64,000 nt of DNA. Source: a virus (lineage: Duplodnaviria; Caudoviricetes). A model generated the notes under the pieces. The model searched no databases, had not been told where the DNA came from, and was given only the letters and a program-made list of their open reading frames with translations. Below are positions 19,959 to 29,483 of the stretch, in pieces. Position numbers and translations under genes: made by a program. Every line of letters starts with the position of its first letter. Position 1 is the stretch's first letter. The DNA is taken from IMG/VR virus record IMGVR_UViG_3300023174_000037; one strand, written 5' to 3'.

Positions 19959-20764
19959 CCAAAGGCGTCGTAATATTTGCGTTTAACAATGAGCAGATTG
20001 ATTATCTAGCCATGGCCGCTTGGGCAGCTCGTAACATTCGCAGACATTTAGATTTACCGGTCTGTGTAATCACCGACGTTACAGACACAGCTCGCACAGC
20101 TGATTTTGATCAAGTTGTTTTAACTGAACCGCAACAGACACAACAACATAGATATTTTTACGATTACAAAGCCAGTGCCGTCTGGCACAATACAAATCGA
20201 TCCAGTGTTTACGACCTAACACCATGGGACCATACTCTGGTATTAGATGCTGATTTTGTTGTAGCGTCCGATCAGTTAAAAAGATTATTTGAAATTGATC
20301 AAGACTTTGTTGCACACCGAACTGCGTATGACGTCACTGGGTTTAATGCATTTCATGACAACAACTGGTTTGGCACATACCGAATGCCAATGAGTTGGGC
20401 TACAGTCATGTGCTTTCGTCGAAGTAAAAAAGCTCAATTAATATTCGATACCATGCAGATGATTAGAGACAATTGGTTGCATTATAGACAGTTATACAGT
20501 GTCAGTGAAAATACATTCCGCAATGATTTTGCATTAAGTATTGCTATGAACCTAGTCGATGGCCATACATTAAGCACTCCACCTATTCCGTGGGACTTGG
20601 CCAGTGTTACAGCCAATACTAAATTGACTCAACTTGACCCAGATACATATAAAATATCGTACGTTACCAGCGACGACAAGCCCAAATGGATAGTATTAAA
20701 GCAACAAGATTTTCATGCCATGGGAAAACAAGCATTAGGAGGGATAGTTGCCAATCCTTGCTGA
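19955..20764 (+). CDS. GT-A fold (nucleotide-diphospho-sugar transferase-like) protein
   Basis: 'DHTLVLDADFVV' DxD motif after hydrophobic strands; 'FRNDFALSIA'. Confidence 0.6.
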   Translation: MTKGVVIFAFNNEQIDYLAMAAWAARNIRRHLDLPVCVITDVTDTARTADFDQVVLTEPQQTQQHRYFYDYKASAVWHNTNRSSVYDLTPWDHTLVLDADFVVASDQLKRLFEIDQDFVAHRTAYDVTGFNAFHDNNWFGTYRMPMSWATVMCFRRSKKAQLIFDTMQMIRDNWLHYRQLYSVSENTFRNDFALSIAMNLVDGHTLSTPPIPWDLASVTANTKLTQLDPDTYKISYVTSDDKPKWIVLKQQDFHAMGKQALGGIVANPC

Positions 20765-21521
20765 ACGCGGTTATCTTATACCAGCTGTTGACTCAGAATC
20801 TGTAGACTACTTGGCCTGCGCTCGACAACTGGCTCAATCTATTCGTCAGTGGCACCCAGATGCCAACATCTCTGCAATAACAGTCAAACGATGTGACGAT
20901 CCAGTGTTTGATCATGTTATTCCGTTGCCGTATGGAGACTTAGGTGGGTTTGCTAACGATTGGCAATGTTTTGCCGCCAGCCCATACAGACAAACTATTA
21001 AATTGGAAGCCGACATGTTTGTGGCCAGTCCTATTGATCATTGGTGGACATTATTTGAAAAACGAGATGTTGTGATTAGCCAAGGGTGCAAAGATTTGAC
21101 CAACCAGCCTAGTGATAATAGAACCTATCGCAAACTGTTTGACACCAATTCTTTACCAGATGTGTATAACGCTGTTACCTATTGGAGACTAAGTGCCCAG
21201 GCCAAAGAATTTTTTGAATTGGTACGAAACATATTTGAAAATTGGGATCGATTCAAAACCCTGCTCAAATTTCCAGACGAAGTGGCAACAACAGATGTAG
21301 TGTATGCTATGGCCGCAGTGATTATGGGAGTAGAAACAGTTACACTTCCTAAAGGAATGGGCCCAATGATCACACACATGAAAAGATATATTATACCCAC
21401 ACTCACAGACAACTGGACACAAGAACTGGTCTGGGAAGCAACCAACCCAGGACTTAGAATACATACAGTAGCACAATCAGGATTTGTTCATTATCACATT
21501 AAAGATTGGAGAATTGCATGA
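20748..21521 (+). CDS. GT-A fold-like protein, paralog of the upstream gene
   Basis: TTG start with AGGAGG SD. 'SPYRQTIKLEADM' aligns with 'TPWDHTLVLDAD'; 'TTDVVYAMA' aligns with 'RNDFALSIA'. Confidence 0.55.
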   Translation: MPILAERGYLIPAVDSESVDYLACARQLAQSIRQWHPDANISAITVKRCDDPVFDHVIPLPYGDLGGFANDWQCFAASPYRQTIKLEADMFVASPIDHWWTLFEKRDVVISQGCKDLTNQPSDNRTYRKLFDTNSLPDVYNAVTYWRLSAQAKEFFELVRNIFENWDRFKTLLKFPDEVATTDVVYAMAAVIMGVETVTLPKGMGPMITHMKRYIIPTLTDNWTQELVWEATNPGLRIHTVAQSGFVHYHIKDWRIA

Positions 21522-21793
21522 GTAAAGACGAAGACAAAATCAAACACAGCAAACGGTTGTTAAAAGATACCAATGCCATTAACAAACAAGTCAAGATAGC
21601 CAAAGCACACGGACTTACAAACAACGATCCTATACTGGCAGAACCACACCGACTGGCCAAACATCATGCAATGGATTGTGGTAATCCTGAATGCTATCTA
21701 TGCGGCAATCCTCGCAAAACGCACAAAGATAAATTAACTATACAAGAAAAACGCAGCAATCAAAAGGTTGACGATGACAACGCCAATGACTGA
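21518..21793 (+). CDS. Small basic protein with His/Cys cluster (HHAMDCGNPECYLC)
   Basis: ATG at 21518 with GGAG SD and ATGA overlap; probable metal-binding motif. Confidence 0.7.
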   Translation: MSKDEDKIKHSKRLLKDTNAINKQVKIAKAHGLTNNDPILAEPHRLAKHHAMDCGNPECYLCGNPRKTHKDKLTIQEKRSNQKVDDDNAND

Positions 21794-22133
21794 AGAAGAA
21801 TTTTTCAGTATATGGCAAAGTCAAGTATCGGCCGTACACGGTGATCCAGAGTATCGATTATACTATGATGAAAACGGATTTCCGTTATTTTACAGCATGG
21901 AGCCGTTGCCAGGTAATTACATAGTTGTTGATCAAGAAACATATCTAAACAGTCCTAAACACATCAGAGTATTGAATGAAAAATTAGTAGTATACCAAAC
22001 AAACTTTGCCAAGAAAATAGTGCCTGTGGGATACGGACAAGCCTGTGATCCTAGAAATGTTTGCGTAGTTGTCGACGTTGATCAGCCACACACCAAATGG
22101 AGTTTAAAACATCAGGATCCACCAAATGACTAA
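21768..22133 (+). CDS. Hypothetical protein (~121 aa; start uncertain)
   Basis: Fills the operon gap and overlaps both neighbours. Confidence 0.7.
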   Translation: MTMTTPMTEEEFFSIWQSQVSAVHGDPEYRLYYDENGFPLFYSMEPLPGNYIVVDQETYLNSPKHIRVLNEKLVVYQTNFAKKIVPVGYGQACDPRNVCVVVDVDQPHTKWSLKHQDPPND

Positions 22134-23058
22134 AAAAATTGACATAGCAGATTTAGACTGCATTTACTTGACATACGACGAACCACAGAAAGAAGAGTTC
22201 TGGGTGAAGATACGCAATATGATTCCTTGGGCAAAACGTGTTGACGGGGTCAAAGGATCAGATGCCGCACACAAGGCCGCTGGTGCTGCCAGTGACACTG
22301 AACGTTTCGTCTTGATAGACGGCGATAACATGCCAGATGCAAGATTCTTTAACCTTACAATGGAGTTTCCAGATGGTGAGTGGGAAAATGCAGTGTTTCG
22401 TTGGCGAGCCCGTAATCATATCAATGGCTTGATGTATGGCAACGGAGGACTAAGCTCGTGGACCAGAGCGTTTGTTAACAATATGAAAACGCATGAAGCT
22501 ACTACAGGCACAGTAGAAACCGAAGTGGAGTTTTGTTTTGATCCATTGTATTGGCCCATGTACGATTGTTATAGTACGACTTATCCTAACGGATCGGCAT
22601 TTCATGCATGGCGAGCCGGTTTCCGCGAAGGAGTCAAGATGTGTTTAAATCGTGGTACCAGACCCACTGTGTCAGAATTTCGAGATCGAGTGCATCAACG
22701 TAACTTAGATCATTTAACTATTTGGCACAATGTTGGCAGAGATGTTGAACACGGCATTTGGGCCATTGCTGGCAGCAGAATGGGCACCTACATGACCATG
22801 ATCACTCCACAGTGGGATCATCGTGTGGTGCAAGATTTCGCCGAATTAGAACAACTGTGGAACACTGTAAAAGATTCAGATCCAGAACTGTTGGCCGGAC
22901 GAGTTGCAGAAGATCTAGTTGCACAATTAGACTTGCCCATCAACATGATGCAGGAAAATGAAAGTGCATTCTTCAAGCAACACTATCGCAGCAACTGGCA
23001 TAACCGCGGAGTGATGACTAGAGAAATGGATGTAATTAGACAGCAAGAAGGTTGGTAA
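22126..23058 (+). CDS. Glycosyltransferase family 2-like protein
   Basis: 'SDAAHKAA...ERFVLIDGDN' DxD motif; 'AWRAGFREGVK' shared with the C-terminal domain of 39282..41087. Confidence 0.6.
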   Translation: MTKKIDIADLDCIYLTYDEPQKEEFWVKIRNMIPWAKRVDGVKGSDAAHKAAGAASDTERFVLIDGDNMPDARFFNLTMEFPDGEWENAVFRWRARNHINGLMYGNGGLSSWTRAFVNNMKTHEATTGTVETEVEFCFDPLYWPMYDCYSTTYPNGSAFHAWRAGFREGVKMCLNRGTRPTVSEFRDRVHQRNLDHLTIWHNVGRDVEHGIWAIAGSRMGTYMTMITPQWDHRVVQDFAELEQLWNTVKDSDPELLAGRVAEDLVAQLDLPINMMQENESAFFKQHYRSNWHNRGVMTREMDVIRQQEGW

Positions 23059-23124
23059 CTAATGAAGTCTAATGCATATTATAATTTCTTTACTAGACAG
23101 TGTTTAATTCTGTTTATAGCATAA

Positions 23125-24531
23125 ATGGATATATTATTTTGTTCAGTCCCTGGCACATTTAGTTCGCGCCCTACACTGGCCCCAGCCATATTAAAAGCCT
23201 GTGCAACCCGCGCCGGATTTGATGCCGTGGCCGTGGACCTTAATATTGAAATCTATAACCAAATACTTAAACATCCTAAACAAAAACTATTAGAAGAATT
23301 TTTTCAATTACAAAAAATACATGAAGATATTGTGGAAGATATCGGTGATTTACTTGACTATTGTGTGGATAGGATTTCAAGTTTAAATCCTCGCATATTA
23401 GGACTTAGTCTACTCACACAAGACAGTCAATTTTTTACAGTCTGGTTGTGCTATCATCTTAAAACACTTTACCCAGATCTCAAGATTGTAATTGGTGGAA
23501 GTGGCATCAAAAATTTTATAGCAGAATCTAAAATTAATTTTGCTGATTTATTAAAAACAAAAGGATATATCGACGATTATATCAACGGCGATGGTGAATA
23601 TAGTGTTGTAGAATATCTTAAAAATAATCTACACTATCCGGGTATAAATTCAGGAACCTGGAAACCTGTTGACGATTTAAATGTTTTGCCTTACTCTGAT
23701 TTCTCCGACTATGACTTTGCTCAATATCAAGAATGTGGTATACCTATCTGCGACAGTCGAGGATGTGTAAGAACTTGTGAATTCTGTGACATCATTGAGC
23801 ATTGGAAAAAATATCAATACAGAACAGCCGACAATATATTTAAAGAAATGCAACATCAAATTGCAAAACATAATATCACAAGATTCTTTTTTTACAATAG
23901 TTTGACCAATGGCAATATGAAAGAATTTCAAAAACTGTTGGATCTAATATGCAACTATAATACTAACAATCCTTTGGCACAAATTTCCTGGGATGGATAT
24001 TTCATAGTTAGAGGTAGAGCACAACATCCAGAAGAATTTTGGCAGAAAATTAAAAAATCCAATGGGGTTTTGCTATTGGGCATCGAAAGTGTTATAGAAA
24101 AAGTTAGAATTGCACTTGGTAAGAATTTTACCAATGAAGACATTGACTATCATCTAGATATGGCTAAAAAATATTCTGTTCCATTATTATTGCTGTTGAT
24201 TGTGGGCTACCCAACCGAAACCCAACAAGATTTTGAATTTACAAAACAATGGTTTCGCGAGCGACAACACTATGCTCATACACCAATATTTCAAGTGACA
24301 TTTACATTGGCTGCCATATTACCTAATACCAAACTAGAAAGAAAACAACAAGAATACGGCATTGTTCGCGGAGAAATACCCACAATATGGATGACCCAGG
24401 TAAATGAAATTTCTACGCAAGATAGAATAAATTATTTCAATGAATTAAACAACCTATTAGAATCGTTGGGTATGTCCATAACCAATGGCGGATCTAGTAT
24501 GGACATAACCGCTGATGAACTGATATCATGA
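23125..24531 (+). CDS. Cobalamin-binding radical SAM protein (class B methylase-like)
   Basis: N-terminal 'PTLAPAILKA...AVDLN...ILGLS...IVIGG' B12-type domain, then 'SRGCVRTCEFC' CxxxCxxC; 'LLGIES', 'IVGYPTET'. Confidence 0.85.
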   Translation: MDILFCSVPGTFSSRPTLAPAILKACATRAGFDAVAVDLNIEIYNQILKHPKQKLLEEFFQLQKIHEDIVEDIGDLLDYCVDRISSLNPRILGLSLLTQDSQFFTVWLCYHLKTLYPDLKIVIGGSGIKNFIAESKINFADLLKTKGYIDDYINGDGEYSVVEYLKNNLHYPGINSGTWKPVDDLNVLPYSDFSDYDFAQYQECGIPICDSRGCVRTCEFCDIIEHWKKYQYRTADNIFKEMQHQIAKHNITRFFFYNSLTNGNMKEFQKLLDLICNYNTNNPLAQISWDGYFIVRGRAQHPEEFWQKIKKSNGVLLLGIESVIEKVRIALGKNFTNEDIDYHLDMAKKYSVPLLLLLIVGYPTETQQDFEFTKQWFRERQHYAHTPIFQVTFTLAAILPNTKLERKQQEYGIVRGEIPTIWMTQVNEISTQDRINYFNELNNLLESLGMSITNGGSSMDITADELIS

Positions 24532-24989
24532 AAGTAAATTTAACTTTATTATGCTCGAATACATGTTGCAACGGATCAATTAAAATTGAAATGTTTGACC
24601 AAAAAAAGCTAATTTACACAGGTGAAAATTTAATAGATGGGCCTATGCGTATTGATTGTTCAATAGACTGGCCAACTACAGTAAACATAATTACCAGCAA
24701 TAAACACCCAAACGATATGGAAATTGACGAATCTGGTAATATACTCAAAGACAAATCAATAGAAGTAACAGGAATATTAATAAACAATTTTCCTGTAAAT
24801 CAGGACCTGATTGACAAACTTTTTATATGTTGTAAAGCAGGATCTTCGGATATTACTTATGAAAATTGGTGGGGATTCAATGGAAGTATAAAAATTGAAT
24901 TCAATCAATCTTCGCCAATGAGATATATGTTGGCTTTAAAAAATGAATTTAATATGAATCGATTACATTGGGATACAAATGCACAATAA
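24528..24989 (+). CDS. Hypothetical protein (153 aa, AT-rich)
   Basis: ATGA coupling to the B12 radical SAM gene. Confidence 0.7.
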   Translation: MKVNLTLLCSNTCCNGSIKIEMFDQKKLIYTGENLIDGPMRIDCSIDWPTTVNIITSNKHPNDMEIDESGNILKDKSIEVTGILINNFPVNQDLIDKLFICCKAGSSDITYENWWGFNGSIKIEFNQSSPMRYMLALKNEFNMNRLHWDTNAQ

Positions 24990-26394
24990 AGGTGATGAAG
25001 TCGTAACCGACTTTAAATCAAAGTTCTTAGGTGATGCAGAGTTCATGAAGGCAAATCTTGGTCCTGCACTCTGCCTGGCCAAATGGAAACAGGTCAGTTT
25101 ACATTTACCAACAGGACTGAATAATAGTTGTTACCACCCGCCGTTGCATGCCATTGATGCTACACTGTTGACCAACAATCCCAGCGCACTACACAACACT
25201 CCGCACAAGAAAGAACAGCGTAAGATCATGTTGCGGCAAGAGCGTCCCACTGAATGCTCTTACTGTTGGACGATGGAAGACAACAGTAAATTAAGCGACA
25301 GGCATTATCGTTCGGGCGAGCCATGGGCTGCTAAAGACTTTGATACGGTAGTAAACTCAACAGGAGAAGAGGATGTTGACCCTAGTTACGTTGAAGTCAA
25401 TTTTAATCATGCTTGTAATCTTGCATGTAGCTATTGCAGTCCGCAGTTTTCGAGCACCTGGCAGCAAGAAGTTGACACCCACGGTGGATACCCTACTTCA
25501 ACTGTCCACAATGATCCTAGCCACTTCCGTGGGCGCAATCGTCCTATACCTGTTCGTGAACACAATCCTTATGTAGATGCCTTTTGGGAATGGTGGCCTA
25601 CCCTATACCCAGAACTAGAACACTTTCGCATGACTGGCGGCGAGCCCTTGTTGGATAAAAATACCTATCGTGTGTTTGACTATGTGTTGGCCAACCCTAA
25701 ATCTGACTTGCATTTGAATGTAACGTCAAACTTTAGTGTAGATGAAAAATCATGGCAGAAATACAAAGGCTATGTCAAACAATTATGTGAAGGAGAAAAG
25801 ATTGAACACTTCATGCAATTTGTCAGTTTGGACAGTTGGTTCGAACAGGCTGAATATATTAGGCACGGATTAGATTTTGGTCTACTGTGGGATCGTGTAA
25901 ATCAATTCCTAACAGATATTCCAGGGCGCAATAGTATTACATTTATTATTACCATGAACAATCTTGCCGTGCCTGGCGTTGGAAAACTGTTATCAGGTAT
26001 ATTAGGACTACGTCAAATCTACAGCAAAACTTATCAACGTGTTTGGTTTGATACTCCAGTGTTACGCACACCTACGTGGCAGAGCATACAGATATTGCCA
26101 GAAAGTTATGTAGAGCAACTTGAAACTGCGTGGGCATTTATGCTTAAAAATATTGAAACAGAAGAAACCCGGTTCCAAGGCTTCAAAGACTATGAGATAG
26201 CCAGAATGGACCGAGACATTGCTTGGATGCGTGACGGACAGCGATTAGATCCTGCATATATTAATCAAAATAAAGCAGACTTTTATCGCTTTTTTAAAGA
26301 AGCGGATCGCAGACACGGCACTGACTTTTTAACTGTGTTTCCAGAAATGACAGCCTGGTGGGCAGATTGTGAGTATCATGCTAGGCAATCATAA
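24979..26394 (+). CDS. Radical SAM protein with N-terminal auxiliary Fe-S (Twitch/SPASM-like) domain
   Basis: CLAKW, SCYHPP, CSYCW, then CNLACSYC and TGGEPL. Confidence 0.88.
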   Translation: MHNKGDEVVTDFKSKFLGDAEFMKANLGPALCLAKWKQVSLHLPTGLNNSCYHPPLHAIDATLLTNNPSALHNTPHKKEQRKIMLRQERPTECSYCWTMEDNSKLSDRHYRSGEPWAAKDFDTVVNSTGEEDVDPSYVEVNFNHACNLACSYCSPQFSSTWQQEVDTHGGYPTSTVHNDPSHFRGRNRPIPVREHNPYVDAFWEWWPTLYPELEHFRMTGGEPLLDKNTYRVFDYVLANPKSDLHLNVTSNFSVDEKSWQKYKGYVKQLCEGEKIEHFMQFVSLDSWFEQAEYIRHGLDFGLLWDRVNQFLTDIPGRNSITFIITMNNLAVPGVGKLLSGILGLRQIYSKTYQRVWFDTPVLRTPTWQSIQILPESYVEQLETAWAFMLKNIETEETRFQGFKDYEIARMDRDIAWMRDGQRLDPAYINQNKADFYRFFKEADRRHGTDFLTVFPEMTAWWADCEYHARQS

Positions 26395-27562
26395 ACTTAT
26401 ATTGGACACACACAGTGAAGTGTATAGAGAACTGTTGCCTTGGGCCGACGGTGAGTTTTGGGATTTAAAACAACATGAGATAGTACCCGGTGCAGTGTAT
26501 ATCATGTGCCGAGAACAGGTCAACAAGTATAACTATGAAATACAAGAATTAGCTCGCAGTGGCCAGGTAACAGTAATATTAGACAATGCCGCAGAAGGAA
26601 GCGAAACACTAGTTACTTGGTGTTTTGTCAAAGGATTAATGAATCTAATAGAGGAAGGCCAAATACTATTAATTGGTGGTGGCGACATGGATCCTACCAA
26701 GTGGCCCTACATGAGTTATGAATATTTTTTACCTAAGATATTTGATTTTGACGAGAACGTTGAAACTGGCAGTCGTATCAATGAGTATTTTGCAATCACC
26801 AATAAGCCATACAAGTTCCTATTTTTAAATGGACGTATGCGTAGCCATAGAAAATACCTGTTAGAAAGATTTCAAGCAACAGGATTATTGAATCAGAGTC
26901 TGTGGACAAACCTTGATACTGATCTTGTGCTGGTTAAAAATTTACCTCAGACACGCTGGCAAAATTTTAACAATATGAATATGATCAAATTGGCATTTGA
27001 ACATGATAGCGCAGACGTTATGGAACGTCCAATTGATCTACATTTCTTACCTAAAGAATACGAAACTCCTGCATTTAGAAACAATATAGATCATTTGCCT
27101 TCTGCTGGCACGGTCAAATTCAATCTATTCAACAACACTTGGGGTGATGCTGTAGTAGATGGTGCGGCCTACAGAGATACCTACTTTAGTCTAGTAACCG
27201 AAACTGTTTTTAATTACCCATACAGTTTTAGAACAGAAAAGATTTGGAAACCCATTGCTGTAGGACATCCGTGGATAGCAGTGGCCAATCGAGGCTTTTA
27301 TAGAGACATACACAATTTAGGGTTTCGAACATTTGGACACTTAATTGATGAATCATTTGATCTGACTGACAACAGTCAAGACCGTATAGAACGTATAGCT
27401 CAAGTAGTTGAGGACCTGTGCCAACAAGACCTTGCAAGTTTTTACAAAGAGTGTTATAATGTATGTAAATACAACCAACAGTTGTATACCGAAATGCGTC
27501 ACCAGGTTCCTAGAGAATTACCCGATCAGTTCCACCAATTTATCGACCGACATGTTAAATGA
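26369..27562 (+). CDS. GT-B / GT10-like glycosyltransferase
   Basis: 'FSLVTET...RTEKIWKPI...GFRTF...DESFD' resembles the GT10 'TEK' donor-binding motif; two paralogs in the window. Confidence 0.55.
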   Translation: MSIMLGNHKLILDTHSEVYRELLPWADGEFWDLKQHEIVPGAVYIMCREQVNKYNYEIQELARSGQVTVILDNAAEGSETLVTWCFVKGLMNLIEEGQILLIGGGDMDPTKWPYMSYEYFLPKIFDFDENVETGSRINEYFAITNKPYKFLFLNGRMRSHRKYLLERFQATGLLNQSLWTNLDTDLVLVKNLPQTRWQNFNNMNMIKLAFEHDSADVMERPIDLHFLPKEYETPAFRNNIDHLPSAGTVKFNLFNNTWGDAVVDGAAYRDTYFSLVTETVFNYPYSFRTEKIWKPIAVGHPWIAVANRGFYRDIHNLGFRTFGHLIDESFDLTDNSQDRIERIAQVVEDLCQQDLASFYKECYNVCKYNQQLYTEMRHQVPRELPDQFHQFIDRHVK

Positions 27563-28149
27563 AAGACTTTAAGATAACGCTTACTAACTATGAGTTTGAA
27601 ATACCCAGCAACTGGAGCATAGTAGTAATAGCTAATTACCGCACCGGCAGTACGGCCTTTTGTGATCGGCTGAGTCAAATCACTGGCCTTCCATTTTTAG
27701 GAGAAGTTTTTCATTTTAACCCATCATCGAGACCAGCAGTATATGATCCAGATCAACAAAGCATAATAAAAATTATGCCAAACCATATGCCGCCCACAGA
27801 ACATTGGGATAGGCTGTTTAATCAATCTTTTGTGATTGGGCTATATAGACAAGATTTTGCAGCCCAGGTTTTGAGTTTTGCTGTGGCTTATCACATTGGA
27901 CGTTGGCAAAAAGAAAAAAATGTTGATCTGTTGTTGCCAGCAAATTTAAACTTCTCTAATTCAAAATTGTTGCATTTTATTAAATCTCTTAGGGACAGTC
28001 AAGAAATTTGGAATGACTGCCGGCAATTTTTTGATGTTACATTATGCTACGAACAACTTATGTCAGATTTGTCTGAGTCTATATATGAGGTTATGCCCAA
28101 AATAAAGACATACGACGACACACTTGAACGAATAAGGTCAATACTATGA
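27559..28149 (+). CDS. Sulfotransferase-like protein (P-loop, Stf0-like)
   Basis: 'IANYRTGSTAF' 5'-PSB-like motif; 'LYRQDFAAQVLS'; 'LCYEQL'. Confidence 0.65.
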   Translation: MKDFKITLTNYEFEIPSNWSIVVIANYRTGSTAFCDRLSQITGLPFLGEVFHFNPSSRPAVYDPDQQSIIKIMPNHMPPTEHWDRLFNQSFVIGLYRQDFAAQVLSFAVAYHIGRWQKEKNVDLLLPANLNFSNSKLLHFIKSLRDSQEIWNDCRQFFDVTLCYEQLMSDLSESIYEVMPKIKTYDDTLERIRSIL

Positions 28150-29483
28150 ATGATTTAGAATTCAAACGTCAAGTTCTTGACACTAAAAGTGCCAGCTTCT
28201 GTGCGGCCAAATGGTACAATGCAACCATCTGGTTAGGCTCAGGACAGAGCACCAGTTGCCATCACCCACCAGCACACGCAATCGATACAGAAGCATTAAA
28301 AACAAATCCTAAAGCCATACACAATACGCCAACTAAAAAATTGGATCGTGCTATGATGCAGGCCGGCAATCGTCCACGAGGTTGTGAATACTGTTGGAAG
28401 ATTGAAGACATGGGCGTAGATGCCATCAGCGACCGTGTATATAAAAGTAAAATTTACCCATTGGAGTCATTAAATGAAGCATACAACACACCCAGTCAAG
28501 AAGATGTCAATCTTCGAACGCTTGAAATTGCATTCGATCGCACTTGCCAATTCGCTTGTAGCTATTGTAACCCTGCTTTCAGTAGCACATGGGTTCGAGA
28601 CATACAACGCAACGGCGCCTATGAGCACTTGGTGTCTGATGGGCGTGGCCACTTTACTCACACTCATGATAGTTCTCAACTATACCGTTTTGGTGAAACG
28701 AATCCATACACTGAAGCGTTCTTTAAATGGTGGGAAACAGATCTACACAAGACTCTTCAAGAACTAAGAATCACCGGCGGTGAGCCGTTAATGTCGGGTG
28801 AGACCTGGAAACTGATTGATTGGTTCAAAGACAACAAAGGCCGCAGCACAACCAAATTGGCTATTAACAGTAACTTGGGCATGGACTCAATCAAGTTACA
28901 AGAGTTTATTGCCAAGGTCAAAGACATTCCGCACCTGGAAATATACACCAGCATGGAAGCCATAGACGGACAGGCTGAGTATATTCGTGACGGGCTAGAC
29001 TACAGTCAATGGATGCACAATGTTCAAGAACTATTAGAACATGACAGTATCAAAGCAGTGCATTGTATGTGTACCATCAATGCACTTTGTCTCAACAGTT
29101 TGGATAGTTTGTTAGACCAACTGGTGCGACTAAAGCAAGTTTATGGACGAGAGCGTGTGAGTTTTACCTTAAATATTTTACGCTTTCCTAGCTTTCAAAG
29201 CCCCTTGGTGTTACCAGAACATTTACTGTTATACTATCGCAATCGATTAATCAACTGGGTAATTGCACACCAAGGTCACACATACATGCACGAACATGAG
29301 ATTAATCATCTAAGTAGATTGATTGATTATTTAGATCTTGTCAAGACTCCACACAGTGACACATTTGAAATGCCTAAGTTGCACAACGACTTTAAACAAT
29401 TTCATCAACAATATGATCAGCGCCGCGGCAAAGACTTTGTAACCACATTTCCAGTATTAAAAGATTGGTATAATTCACTATAA
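28146..29483 (+). CDS. Radical SAM protein with N-terminal auxiliary Fe-S domain
   Basis: FCAAKW, SCHHPP, CEYCW, then CQFACSYC and TGGEPL. Confidence 0.88.
   Translation: MNDLEFKRQVLDTKSASFCAAKWYNATIWLGSGQSTSCHHPPAHAIDTEALKTNPKAIHNTPTKKLDRAMMQAGNRPRGCEYCWKIEDMGVDAISDRVYKSKIYPLESLNEAYNTPSQEDVNLRTLEIAFDRTCQFACSYCNPAFSSTWVRDIQRNGAYEHLVSDGRGHFTHTHDSSQLYRFGETNPYTEAFFKWWETDLHKTLQELRITGGEPLMSGETWKLIDWFKDNKGRSTTKLAINSNLGMDSIKLQEFIAKVKDIPHLEIYTSMEAIDGQAEYIRDGLDYSQWMHNVQELLEHDSIKAVHCMCTINALCLNSLDSLLDQLVRLKQVYGRERVSFTLNILRFPSFQSPLVLPEHLLLYYRNRLINWVIAHQGHTYMHEHEINHLSRLIDYLDLVKTPHSDTFEMPKLHNDFKQFHQQYDQRRGKDFVTTFPVLKDWYNSL

Noticed and set aside
23078-23085. TATAAT-like hexamers on both strands before the B12 radical SAM gene
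   Set aside because: No acceptable -35 at 16-18 bp in AT-rich DNA; cannot support a promoter call.
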